Position numbers and translations under genes: made by a program. Below, piece by piece: positions 10,297 to 19,228 of a stretch of 64,000 nucleotides of DNA (its first letter is position 1; each line of letters opens with the position of its first letter). Below the pieces are notes generated by a model. The model searched no databases and had not been told where the DNA came from. It saw only the letters and a program-made list of their open reading frames with translations. Source of the DNA: a virus; IMG/VR virus record IMGVR_UViG_3300027850_000003, positions 32,001-96,000 of that record, one strand, 5' to 3'.

Positions 10297-10848
10297 TTAT
10301 TCAAAAGTTATCTTACACCCGGGTAAGCTCCCTCTTAAAGAATTTATTTGAGCTAAGTCTAAAGGATTACCAAACAAATTGAGTTCAACTAACCCCGTAA
10401 GAGATTTTAAACTATTTATATCTTTTATCTGATTACTTTTTAGTCCTAAGAGCTTAAGGTTTCTCATATTAGTTAGAGGAGAAATATCAGTAATTTGATT
10501 GAAACCTAAGAATAATTCTCTTAGTCCTACGAGTTCTTCAATTCCGTCAAGAAACCTAATATTGTTTCCAATTAGGTTTAGATGTACTAGACTTTCCATA
10601 TTACAAATAGGAGTAATATCAGTAATTCGGTTATTAAATAAGACCAAATACTCAGGTCTTAGAGATTTAATAGGCTCTAAGGATAAAATATCTGATTCAT
10701 TAAGAGTTACTTGTTTTTGATTTTTCCAGTACCAGGCTGTATCCTCTAAGAAGAATGCCCCGGATTTCTTTTTTAGAACATCAATAGTAAATCTATCTTC
10801 TGGAGATAAATTGTCATAATTCTTCAAATAGTCGAGTAATGTGTTCAT
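10297..10848 (-). CDS. leucine-rich repeat protein (internalin-type LRR)
   Basis: Tandem 22-aa LxxLxLxxNxIxDIxxL repeats. Confidence 0.9.
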   Translation of the reverse strand: MNTLLDYLKNYDNLSPEDRFTIDVLKKKSGAFFLEDTAWYWKNQKQVTLNESDILSLEPIKSLRPEYLVLFNNRITDITPICNMESLVHLNLIGNNIRFLDGIEELVGLRELFLGFNQITDISPLTNMRNLKLLGLKSNQIKDINSLKSLTGLVELNLFGNPLDLAQINSLRGSLPGCKITFE

Positions 10849-10899
10849 TATTTTAATATAAATTTACTGGAAACTGTTTTTTTTGATTCTACTATTCAA

Positions 10900-11094
10900 T
10901 CACTGTTTTACCTCATATTTATACCCGAGACTCAAGTATTTCTGAGCAGTGGCAAATCCTGATTGAGACGACATCTTAACATCTGGAACATAAAATCGAG
11001 ATTGTTTATAGTTTATCCATTTATCTTTCTCAAACACTTCAAGGGATAGGGGAGAGTCCTCAGATACTCTTGTCCATCTTAATAGTTTATTCAT
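10900..11094 (-). CDS. hypothetical protein
   Basis: Short ORF with RBS. Confidence 0.55.
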   Translation of the reverse strand: MNKLLRWTRVSEDSPLSLEVFEKDKWINYKQSRFYVPDVKMSSQSGFATAQKYLSLGYKYEVKQ

Positions 11095-11149
11095 CGTTTA
11101 ATTGTCCTATTATAGTAATCAGATTAATAATAAGGAGTATATCTTAGTC

Positions 11150-11458
11150 TTAATTATCTCCTAAAATATTCACAGCATCAACTATTGATAGTAAAGTGAC
11201 CTTAATCTTCTTACTTATCATTTTATTGAAAAGAGTAGAGATTCTTAAAGCTTCTCTTTCACTATCAACTCCATAGATGGAAATAATAGTATCTAAATCT
11301 ATCTCATCGGTGTTCTGTAACGAGTAAGAGATAGGTCTAGCTACTAAGACATTTTCCTCTTCTTGAACGATTCTTACAGCATAGAACCTTTTTAATATAG
11401 GGGCAGTATCTTCTTTTACCCAAGTCTTAAGTAGCACTACTCCTCCAATTAGACTCAT
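11150..11458 (-). CDS. hypothetical protein
   Basis: ORF overlapping the hicB 3' end. Confidence 0.5.
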   Translation of the reverse strand: MSLIGGVVLLKTWVKEDTAPILKRFYAVRIVQEEENVLVARPISYSLQNTDEIDLDTIISIYGVDSEREALRISTLFNKMISKKIKVTLLSIVDAVNILGDN

Positions 11459-11657
11459 AAGGTTTATCCGGTTCCTGTCCTAATTCTTTGCAAAATTCTA
11501 GATAATCGTCGATTGAATTTTGAAATTCTTGCTGAGCTTCTTCAATGGTTTTTGCTTTAAAGGTCACTACGTCATTAATGTCAAGCACTAGACCAAACAG
11601 AATACCAGCTTCTAAATCAACTTCAATGCTTGCACTGTAACCTTTGTAAGTCATCAT
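11427..11657 (-). CDS. hicB: HicB-family antitoxin, orphan, lacking the C-terminal DNA-binding domain
   Basis: YKGY.A.IE.D.EAGILFG.V..INDVVTF...F..S.DDYLEFC...G.EPDKPY. Confidence 0.85.
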   Translation of the reverse strand: MMTYKGYSASIEVDLEAGILFGLVLDINDVVTFKAKTIEEAQQEFQNSIDDYLEFCKELGQEPDKPYESNWRSSAT

Positions 11658-11711
11658 GCCTGTAATATTATCCCTTTTTGAATAAGTTAAACTAAGGTAA
11701 TTTCTGCTAAC

Positions 11712-11903
11712 TCAATCATTCTCTACTTTCCATAATAAATAAGCAGTTATTAGTAAAGGGATTACCACTGCTCCCATACAAATCAATACTTCTGTGTTTG
11801 ACAGGAGAACCTCGCTAACAGGAATTTTCTTCGTTGAGTAATCGGAATAATAAAGATACGTTTGAACAAGTAATTTATTCGTAATCATAATCATCCCAAG
11901 CAT
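11712..11903 (-). CDS. small membrane protein
   Basis: C-terminal hydrophobic helix. Confidence 0.5.
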   Translation of the reverse strand: MLGMIMITNKLLVQTYLYYSDYSTKKIPVSEVLLSNTEVLICMGAVVIPLLITAYLLWKVEND

Positions 11904-12117
11904 TAGGGTTATATACTAATCTATCCCACTCAACATTTTTCAAAAATTCTGTAACTGCTAAATTCTTTAAGAAATCAGTAGCGTTTATTTCAACTACATT
12001 TCTAACCAATAACTTAGATTCTACTCCCTCTTGTATTTTCTCAACATCTTCTCTTAAAAGACTTGACATTTCTGTATCATTCAACCAATCTTTTACTACT
12101 TTAGTTTCCCAGTTCAT
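11875..12117 (-). CDS. hypothetical phage protein
   Basis: NWET..V..WL.ND...V.W motif. Confidence 0.6.
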   Translation of the reverse strand: MNWETKVVKDWLNDTEMSSLLREDVEKIQEGVESKLLVRNVVEINATDFLKNLAVTEFLKNVEWDRLVYNPNAWDDYDYE

Positions 12118-12229
12118 AATATCCTCTCAGTTGGTTCTACTTACTTATTTAAGACACTCTACAGCTAAAAACGATGGATTGTACGTCCAGAGATGCAAAG
12201 TGCCTTAAAACTCAAAATATGATGGCTAA

Positions 12230-12703
12230 TCAGATATCCCCATAATCCCAAGGTCTAGGTGGAAACTTAGAGTAGAAATCTTGGTATCCTTCTTCTGAAT
12301 CTGCAAAAACTTCATGTTCAAAATCACCTCTGACTTTACCTAACTTAGGATGTTCAGCTTTAAATTCATTTACCCAACGGAAATAATCTTCATGAACCCG
12401 GGCTGAAATAGTCCAACCATTCTCATGAGTCTTAGAGTATTCTCCTATCTTCCTACAACCTGCATCCCAATAACCTACATCCTCAGAACTTAAAGTTAAA
12501 GCTCCTCCCTTAGAGTCAAAATCGATTCCAAATTTCTTAGTAATCATTGTTTTGTTCTCTTTTTTTTCATTGTCTTCCATTATTTCTACCCATTCAGTCA
12601 TATTAGTGATAATAGCTTTTTCTACATCACTAAACTTTGAGATTCTGTCGTAAAGCTCTTTGGGGATATCTATTTCTTCTAGAACGTACTCCCAGTCAGT
12701 CAT
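12230..12703 (-). CDS. hypothetical phage protein
   Basis: AGGAGG RBS; 157 aa. Confidence 0.7.
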   Translation of the reverse strand: MTDWEYVLEEIDIPKELYDRISKFSDVEKAIITNMTEWVEIMEDNEKKENKTMITKKFGIDFDSKGGALTLSSEDVGYWDAGCRKIGEYSKTHENGWTISARVHEDYFRWVNEFKAEHPKLGKVRGDFEHEVFADSEEGYQDFYSKFPPRPWDYGDI

Positions 12704-12736
12704 TGTTTTTTCCTCCTAAGAAATAAGTGGACTTAA

Positions 12737-12901
12737 CTATCTCCCTTCTCCTCTTTCTGGTGGTTTTTCTTCTTTTTCTTCTTTATTCTTTTTCTTAGGA
12801 AGAATTACCGAAGATTTATAAGTTACCTCTTGTGAGGCATATTTAATAGAAGGAGAAGGAGAAGTAGTGATAATTTGTAGCATGATAGGAAAATAAAGCA
12901 T
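12737..12901 (-). CDS. PatX-like small peptide (not in ORF track)
   Basis: AAGGAG RBS; 54 aa with hydrophobic start, ends KPPERGEGR*. Confidence 0.55.
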   Translation of the reverse strand: MLYFPIMLQIITTSPSPSIKYASQEVTYKSSVILPKKKNKEEKEEKPPERGEGR

Positions 12902-13063
12902 GGAAAACTCCTTATTGGTGATTATTGGAAGTAGTTAGTAACTCCCTACTAGAAACATTTTATTTCTCAGTGTCTAGATTTTTCTTGCAAAAACTACTAA
13001 ATTACACTTTTATTTGTTGATATAAGAATTATTTCGGTATTTTTACCGATATTCTATCTAACA

Positions 13064-13879
13064 TTAACAATTAATAATTTTAAGCATTGCAACTTTTTTA
13101 CCTTGCACTCTTTTATCATGTTCTTTGATAGTGTACCATTGAGACAAATCAGTCGCCTTAGCAATTTTGTTAATGCCTAAAATAGTATAAATGTTCTGTA
13201 GTTCTTTTTTAATAAGTGTTCTATCCACTAATTGACCTACTTTCAAGTCAAGAATACTGACAATCTTACTTTCCATACTAAGAGTAATTTTCAAGTTAAG
13301 TAATACAGCAGTGAAATTACTTGCTCTGTAATTTAAAGCTTTCATTTTCTCAACTCCTAATTTTTTATAAGCTTCTTCTATTAAAGGAAAACTAATCTCA
13401 ATTTCTTTAATTACTTCTTGATTATTATCTTCTTTAGCTTGGATATATTCTAAACATAGCTTCTTAAAACTAGGTTTTTTAGCCAATCTCAGCCTATTTA
13501 AAGTAGAAGATGAAGTTATATTAGCCTCTACTTCTTCCAGACAATATTTAGTAGGTAAGTTACTAACAATTAAAGATAATGTATCGGGATAAACTTTATC
13601 AATATTATACTTAGGTTTTAGGACGCTAATTAAGTATGTTTCAAGTAACTCACAATCTACTAAAGAGTTACAAAAGTAGTATTCTATTTTACTAATTTCT
13701 GTTTTCCAAGATTCTGTAATACTATTCTTTTTAAGTTCAAAATTTAAATGTCGTTGCAACCTATTAATTAGATTAGAACTTTTTCCTATATAGGCTAGTT
13801 GAGTTCCAACATAGAATAGATAAACTCCTTTTTTGTTCTTAACTGGTCTGAGGTTAAAATATTTCATAAGTGAAAACAA
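13064..13879 (-). CDS. GIY-YIG nuclease fused to the C-terminal domain shared with the helicase-like proteins
   Basis: GVYLF..LAYIGKS.NL..RL..H, E.YLI....PKYN; C-terminal KLG...MKAL.Y...AKAT motif. Confidence 0.8.
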   Translation of the reverse strand: MFSLMKYFNLRPVKNKKGVYLFYVGTQLAYIGKSSNLINRLQRHLNFELKKNSITESWKTEISKIEYYFCNSLVDCELLETYLISVLKPKYNIDKVYPDTLSLIVSNLPTKYCLEEVEANITSSSTLNRLRLAKKPSFKKLCLEYIQAKEDNNQEVIKEIEISFPLIEEAYKKLGVEKMKALNYRASNFTAVLLNLKITLSMESKIVSILDLKVGQLVDRTLIKKELQNIYTILGINKIAKATDLSQWYTIKEHDKRVQGKKVAMLKIINC

Positions 13880-14079
13880 CGACTTAAGTTATTAATATCA
13901 TTGTACACTATTTTTAATCTTAAGTATACTGTTTTATTAAATAACTCACTTTATATATAAAAAATACAGACATACCTGCAACAAAAAGTCCTAAATTATT
14001 CTATTACTCAAGATAGAAATACAATAAAAAGTTCAAGTAAAGAGGCTACCAAAATCAAGTAACCTCTTATCTTTATCTA

Positions 14080-14547
14080 CTATCCTAAGTCTCCACTAGG
14101 AAAACGTACAGGACAACCTTCTATTTCTCTCCAATATATATGATCCTCATAGCTTCCTTTTTCTTTTTCCTCAGAGATGTTACTCATTCTTTTTCTGTAA
14201 TTTTCGATCGCATCAATTAACTCTTTCTCCGCCTCAATAGCTATCCCCAAAGCAGCTAAATTTAAGTCACAAATACCAAATTCTCCTAGTTTGTACCAAG
14301 TAAATTTTTCAGAGAGAGGAGTAGTGTTTAAGTACCAAGAGTCTAATCTAGCTTCTACTTCATCATTTTGAAAGATAAGAGTAACGTCACCAAAATACTC
14401 TGCACCAACTCGTAACCCTTTAAATTCTCCTACATTAGGTAAAGTTCTTAGTTGAGTAGTGAATCGAAAAGTATTTAAAGCATCTACGTTAGCTTCCCAA
14501 ACAGAGTAGTAGTCAGTTGATTGGATATTATTGATGGTAATAGGCAT
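14080..14547 (-). CDS. hypothetical protein
   Basis: AAGGAG RBS. Confidence 0.65.
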   Translation of the reverse strand: MPITINNIQSTDYYSVWEANVDALNTFRFTTQLRTLPNVGEFKGLRVGAEYFGDVTLIFQNDEVEARLDSWYLNTTPLSEKFTWYKLGEFGICDLNLAALGIAIEAEKELIDAIENYRKRMSNISEEKEKGSYEDHIYWREIEGCPVRFPSGDLG

Positions 14548-14636
14548 GATTTTCTCCTTTTATTAGAGCTGAGGAAAGTTAAATCCCCTACAGAATAGAA
14601 AAAACTATAGGGGATAGATGGCAATGATGTGTTCCT

Positions 14637-14984
14637 TTAGAGGACTGTTAATCCTTCTCTGGAAAGCCGGACACAACTATTTCTGTACTCCTGCAAATTA
14701 ACTGCTGGGAGAGGAAAGAAACCATCATCACCTTTTTTCATCGCTACCACCAACGGAAACCGCCCAGTCAAACCGTGTATAACAGTTACTACCAATACTG
14801 ATAGCGGAGCTAACCCCGGCGACACTATAGTTACATCTTCGCTTCCATCTCCCACTATAGGGGACAAATAGACTATGAGATTTGCCAGAAGATCCGGATC
14901 TTCCAATCTAACATGGAATTGGTGATTGACGTAACCCTCAGCTTCCAATACTGCATTAGGATGAGAAAAATTGATCTTGATCAT
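14637..14984 (-). CDS. csx15: Csx15-like protein (cyclic oligoadenylate binding/degrading family)
   Basis: INFSHP at the N-terminus, SPGL, IHGLTGRFP and VNLQEYR, matching my recollection of Csx15. Confidence 0.7.
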   Translation of the reverse strand: MIKINFSHPNAVLEAEGYVNHQFHVRLEDPDLLANLIVYLSPIVGDGSEDVTIVSPGLAPLSVLVVTVIHGLTGRFPLVVAMKKGDDGFFPLPAVNLQEYRNSCVRLSREGLTVL

Positions 14985-15025
14985 GAGTTTATAGAATCCC
15001 TATTGGTAAAGATTTATAGGGGAAA

Positions 15026-15070
15026 AGCCTAAGAGGGAGTCGAACCCTCATCAGAGCAACCTGCTAGGCA
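15026..15070 (-). ncRNA. tRNA-minihelix-like element 1
   Basis: GCCUAG..GAGGG-UUCGACU-CCCUC-UUAGGC. Confidence 0.7.
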
Positions 15071-15077
15071 TTAACCT

Positions 15078-15491
15078 TTAGAGCCCGTGGGCAAACTCTA
15101 AATATTGCTTTTCGATATCGCAAATATTCCCATTGACTACTTCTTTAACAAGGTCAACATTAACCTCCTCCCACGTCAAATCTTTCGACAATTGTACAAC
15201 GACTGGACGAGGGTTAGACATTATCTCCTGCCCTACTTCTGTTAGCGCTACAAAAGTGTTTTCGACAATAGCAAAGTGATAATCTACAATCTGCGAAGAA
15301 AGCTGTATATACTCCATTTCAGCACCTGAGATGTTCCCTTTGGCACACTCTAATTCGAGATCAACTTCAACTTCTGAGGAAATAAAGTCTTTTGAAAGTT
15401 TTAAGACGATTGGGCGAGGGGATTTCATAACTTCGACACCAAACCGAGAGTTTGCTACTAAGTCGTTGTCTAAGATTTTAAAGTGACGCAT
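15078..15491 (-). CDS. hypothetical protein, internal tandem duplication
   Basis: HF.I..N..VA....G.E.M..PRP.V..LSKD...EV.VDL..E...GNI occurs twice. Confidence 0.75.
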   Translation of the reverse strand: MRHFKILDNDLVANSRFGVEVMKSPRPIVLKLSKDFISSEVEVDLELECAKGNISGAEMEYIQLSSQIVDYHFAIVENTFVALTEVGQEIMSNPRPVVVQLSKDLTWEEVNVDLVKEVVNGNICDIEKQYLEFAHGL

Positions 15492-15544
15492 TTTCTTTAT
15501 CTTTCTAGTGTTAGATTACTACTGATTGCAGTAAAAACTAGAAT

Positions 15545-15594
15545 GCTCTAACTAAGACTTTCACTTAGTTGTAAGATATAAGAACCTATAGAGC
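15545..15594 (-). ncRNA. tRNA-minihelix-like element 2 (subfamily A)
   Basis: GCUCUAU..CUAAG-UGAAAGU-CUUAG-UUAGAGC. Confidence 0.7.
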
Positions 15595-15619
15595 GATTAG
15601 AATTAGGCGTTAAGTGTGA

Positions 15620-15991
15620 TTAATACCAGAGATTGTAATAGAACGACGCGTCTATACCAGCCTTCTCTGGATCGAAGTCAATATCTTGCCACTCCAACGC
15701 AGCGATACTAGGATGAACGAGCCACCAAACCCCATCAATTATCTCTCCGTAGCTACAGGTGCTTTCGACATAAAATTCTTTCCAATCTTCTTGTTCGATT
15801 AAGTTCTTGGCGAAGGATATCTTCTCGGAACTTTCTTCCGATCTCAGTAAATGTAATGCTTGCTCGGTAGCAATCAATTCTCGTTCTTTACTAAATACAA
15901 AATCCATTATTTTCTCCTGCGTTTTTTTACTAGCATCGTCAGTGATAAAGTAGTAATCTTTACCAGACACCTCCTTTAGGTGTTTCAGCAA
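15620..15991 (-). CDS. hypothetical protein
   Basis: ORF in early operon. Confidence 0.6.
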   Translation of the reverse strand: MLKHLKEVSGKDYYFITDDASKKTQEKIMDFVFSKERELIATEQALHLLRSEESSEKISFAKNLIEQEDWKEFYVESTCSYGEIIDGVWWLVHPSIAALEWQDIDFDPEKAGIDASFYYNLWY

Positions 15992-16084
15992 TTATTAGTA
16001 CAGCGATCTACAAGCCCTTTTAATGTTCTCGCTGATAGTGAGCAATGTAGTCAAATTTAGAGGTTGTAAAGCTGGTGAGATTGT

Positions 16085-16266
16085 TTATCCTAGCACGTTA
16101 GAGTCGATTATTAACTCACGGGTTATCAATTTGAATTGTCGCCGTCCAGTACGGGAGGCATCACGCTTTACCCAACACATTGTACGCGATTTTTTGGTTG
16201 ATATTTTAGCGTCTGAGATGCTGTAGTTACGTCCGTTTAATAATTTGTGATAGTTCCCCTTCATCA
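16085..16266 (-). CDS. small basic hypothetical protein (start revised to MMKGNY)
   Basis: AAGGAG RBS before ATG at 16266; the longer listed start overlaps RNA element 3. Confidence 0.55.
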
Positions 16267-16319
16267 TAGTTAGTCTCCTTTGAAGTAGATAATCCCTTAA
16301 CTGAGTTGTTAAGAGGAAG

Positions 16320-16370
16320 AGTCTAGCCAAGAATCGAACTTGGTTGTTAAATTACCATTAACTCTAGACT
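16320..16370 (-). ncRNA. tRNA-minihelix-like element 3
   Basis: AGUCUAG-A-GUUAAUGGUAAUUUAAC-AA-CCAAG-UUCGAUU-CUUGG-CUAGACU; perfect 7+5 bp. Confidence 0.8.
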
Positions 16371-16381
16371 TATGAGATAGA

Positions 16382-16579
16382 TTAAGTAGTCATGTTTGTG
16401 CTAATTTTGCCTAACTTAAATTTTACATGAAGATAGAATCCATCATCAAAATGTCCAATGCAGAAAATATTAGACCCAAAATACATAGTGGTTTGTACTT
16501 CAGAATCGCAGTAAACTCCTAGTCTTAATTTGTCAACGCAAAAATGGAAAGAACCGTCATTTTTTACAGTGAGTTTCAT
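16382..16579 (-). CDS. hypothetical protein, paralog of 23985-24191
   Basis: MKLTVKNDGSF...LGVYCD vs MTLIVTANGSI...VGMYTD. Confidence 0.65.
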   Translation of the reverse strand: MKLTVKNDGSFHFCVDKLRLGVYCDSEVQTTMYFGSNIFCIGHFDDGFYLHVKFKLGKISTNMTT

Positions 16580-16664
16580 TGTGACTCCTAAGTGGTAGAT
16601 AACTAGGTTAGTTACTTCCCTAGTATTTCTTATCTCAACTAATTGATGCGGGGATAACCTCTTT

Positions 16665-16994
16665 TCATGTATTAGATAATGGTTTATACCTTAATTCAAA
16701 CCTTTGGACAGCCTCAAATAAAGGGATGTTAAACCTGCTATCACTATTCCATCCTGCTACAACCTGATTATTTCTGATATAGATATTAAACGATTGAAAT
16801 GTATCAGGAAGCGAACCAAAATTTAAGCAAAGAGGGAGAATTTCTAATGCTTTTTTAGTAGGTTTTGTCAGACTCCCAGTATCTATCAAGCTTTTAATCA
16901 GTTTAATTCTTTCGATAGAGAAAACTTGAAATCCAGTGTCAATCAGAGCAGGAAATAATTGCGCGTGAAGTCCAGTGAGTTTTTGAGTAGACAT
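16665..16994 (-). CDS. hypothetical protein (start revised to MSTQKL)
   Basis: AAGGAG RBS before ATG at 16994. Confidence 0.6.
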   Translation of the reverse strand: MSTQKLTGLHAQLFPALIDTGFQVFSIERIKLIKSLIDTGSLTKPTKKALEILPLCLNFGSLPDTFQSFNIYIRNNQVVAGWNSDSRFNIPLFEAVQRFELRYKPLSNT

Positions 16995-17075
16995 GATAAT
17001 TCTCCTTAGTGGTAAATGAACAGAATAGTTTAACGTCATTGCGGACTAAATATTCTCGAAGCAAGGCTCTACGAG

Positions 17076-17465
17076 CTAAATCTCTCTTATCTCAACTAAT
17101 TGATATGGAGATAAGCCTTCCTCAGTTAGCCAGTCTCCGTTCAACTGTTTCTCTGCACAATCTAACGCAGAAGAGAGCGAGTCGAACTCCTCATCTTCCA
17201 CATAATATTTCTGCACTCCCACAAAGGAATGTTCTAAATAGACTACATATTCTCCGGCTCTCCTTAGACTTAAATTTGCATTTAAGACCAACTCAAAAAT
17301 CTTGTCTAAGTCGTCATCTTCCCAAAACTCTTGGTTAGTTGTTAACTGAAAATCAAACCAGTTACTGTTATCTTTAACTTCCACTTTGACGATATGTGGG
17401 GAGTTAAGCAAGTCTATTTCTAAACAAGCCACTATTTCTGGAATTATTTCTGAGTAGTTTAACAC
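17076..17465 (-). CDS. acidic hypothetical protein
   Basis: ORF in early operon. Confidence 0.6.
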   Translation of the reverse strand: MLNYSEIIPEIVACLEIDLLNSPHIVKVEVKDNSNWFDFQLTTNQEFWEDDDLDKIFELVLNANLSLRRAGEYVVYLEHSFVGVQKYYVEDEEFDSLSSALDCAEKQLNGDWLTEEGLSPYQLVEIREI

Positions 17466-17504
17466 GTACAGAAGAAGTCATAGTGAATAAGAATTTATGA
17501 CTAA

Positions 17505-17575
17505 ACACTCTCTAGGGATTGCACCTAGTAACTGAGAAGAAATTATCCTCTAGCAGTTAGCTGATTTTAGAGTGT
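17505..17575 (-). ncRNA. tRNA-minihelix-like element 4
   Basis: ACACUCU..CUAGG-UGCAAUC-CCUAG-AGAGUGU; perfect 7+5 bp. Confidence 0.75.
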
Positions 17576-17581
17576 GAATAA

Positions 17582-17630
17582 ATACTCACTAAGACTTGCA
17601 CTTAGTTGATAGCTTAGAACTAAGAGGTAA
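17582..17630 (-). ncRNA. tRNA-minihelix-like element 5 (subfamily A, imperfect acceptor)
   Basis: CUAAG-UGCAAGU-CUUAG-UGAGUA; tandem with element 4. Confidence 0.55.
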
Positions 17631-17634
17631 ATTA

Positions 17635-17991
17635 TTAGCTTTTTTTTGCTTTTGCTACTTTTTCATCTAGAGAATCTAAGAAACGTTCTTTTTCTTCATC
17701 TGTCATGAGATAATATAAAGTGTCTCGAATTACTTTGTTTTCTTCATTTCTTATTTTTTGTCTTTCTAAGCCTTCAACAATTCTTACTTCCTTGATTCTT
17801 TGATTAACTAGATTCTTTATTTCTTCCTCCTCATTGCAAATTGACCTCATAGTATTAGGCATATTTTCATAAGAAACTAGACTATAAGATGCCATTTTCA
17901 CTGCTAATGAACTATCTACTTCCCTCATCACTAATGTAAAAGCACTCACCAGTTCTGAATCAGTAGCCACAGAGATGTAGTTGTAAGACAT
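17635..17991 (-). CDS. hypothetical protein
   Basis: AAGGA RBS. Confidence 0.65.
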   Translation of the reverse strand: MSYNYISVATDSELVSAFTLVMREVDSSLAVKMASYSLVSYENMPNTMRSICNEEEEIKNLVNQRIKEVRIVEGLERQKIRNEENKVIRDTLYYLMTDEEKERFLDSLDEKVAKAKKS

Positions 17992-18054
17992 TTGAGTTTT
18001 CCTTTCACTAAGTAAGTAATTAGCCAGTTTTAAGACATAGCTAAGTCATAAGAG

Positions 18055-18645
18055 TTAATCAATAACTTCGATAAACTCTACATTAAATTTTGTCATATTC
18101 TCAAGAAACTTCTCTTGTAAATAAGGAAGTCTTGCCTCTAACCAGATTTTAAGCTCATCAACCTCTAATTTAAGAATAGTTTCTAATGAGTCCACATCAA
18201 AACTTAAGTCTAGTAAAGTATTGCTACAGAAGTATGACCTGTATTCTTCTTTTTCCGTATCACTGTGTTGCTTAGGTTCTGAGTTCTTAAAAACTCGATA
18301 CTCATTCCGATAGCACTCATAGAAATGCATAGTATTAGCTATGTAGTGCATAGGAGTTCCATCTTGACCGCATCCATGAAAAGGTATCAATGCTTTGAGT
18401 TCAGGTTTTCTTTCAACTATTAAGTCATGAATACATCCACAAGAGTCTTCTACCCATCTCTCTTTATCGTTTTCTCTTCGATAAGTTTCCCCAGTAATAT
18501 AAAAATATGGGTTAGAGTTCCCATAGATATAGTGCATCCCAAATTCAGCTGTTCCTTTATACTGAAAATAATCATCATCTTCCCAAGTACCTAAGTCTAT
18601 TAGCTGTTTAGTTTCAATACTCTTTGTTCTTTTTGTAGTGACCAT
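18055..18645 (-). CDS. phage early protein
   Basis: PYFYITGE...SCGCIHD...PEL..LI.FH...G.PMHY..N motif. Confidence 0.7.
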   Translation of the reverse strand: MVTTKRTKSIETKQLIDLGTWEDDDYFQYKGTAEFGMHYIYGNSNPYFYITGETYRRENDKERWVEDSCGCIHDLIVERKPELKALIPFHGCGQDGTPMHYIANTMHFYECYRNEYRVFKNSEPKQHSDTEKEEYRSYFCSNTLLDLSFDVDSLETILKLEVDELKIWLEARLPYLQEKFLENMTKFNVEFIEVID

Positions 18646-18684
18646 GATAATTCTCCTTAAAATACCTATAAGAGCTAGGGTAAA

Positions 18685-18766
18685 AACTAACTTAGGAGTT
18701 GCACCTAAGCTTTCCAGACATATAGCCTAAAAAGAATCTCATTTAGCTGAAGTAACTAAGCTAGTT
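18685..18766 (-). ncRNA. tRNA-minihelix-like element 6
   Basis: AACUAGC..UUAGG-UGCAACU-CCUAA-GUUAGUU. Confidence 0.6.
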
Positions 18767-19046
18767 TTACTAATCTATATAGGAAACTGGCAGCCTCATG
18801 AGTAATAACTTTTTCAAAAATTGAGTCATCTTCTAATTTTTCTAACGGGGATAAGCTATTTTCTACTAAGACATCAATTGATTCAAGAATTTTATTAATA
18901 TAAGCATCTTTAACTAGATTTACTACTATCTCGATAGAAGATTCTGAGTTTAGTAACCGCAATAAATCCTCAAACTCATCCTCAAAATCTTGATTTGAGA
19001 GACTAGAACAAAGCAGAGATAAAGTGATTTGGCGAATATAAGTCAT
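18756..19046 (-). CDS. hypothetical protein
   Basis: ORF in early operon. Confidence 0.6.
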   Translation of the reverse strand: MTYIRQITLSLLCSSLSNQDFEDEFEDLLRLLNSESSIEIVVNLVKDAYINKILESIDVLVENSLSPLEKLEDDSIFEKVITHEAASFLYRLVKLA

Positions 19047-19163
19047 AATAATTTTCTCTTTTTTAACGATAAACGTATCTTCTGCTATCTTCTTCTTGAA
19101 TGAAACCTAACCTCTCATACAAAGACTTTCTCTTATGTCCGAAACCGTCTGCATTATAGACAT

Positions 19164-19201
19164 AAAAAAATCCCCTACTCCTAATTAAAGGAATAGAGGA
19201 T
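19164..19201 (-). terminator. Rho-independent terminator
   Basis: AUCCUCUAUUCCU..AGGAGUAGGGGAU hairpin followed by a U-tract. Confidence 0.7.
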
Positions 19202-19228
19202 AGGAAGATTATGAAAGGTGAGAGAGAG

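Noticed and set aside
12148-12209. Long hairpin as another tRNA-like element
   Set aside because: No 5-bp T-stem with a 7-nt U...A loop; more likely a simple processing (RNase III-like) stem
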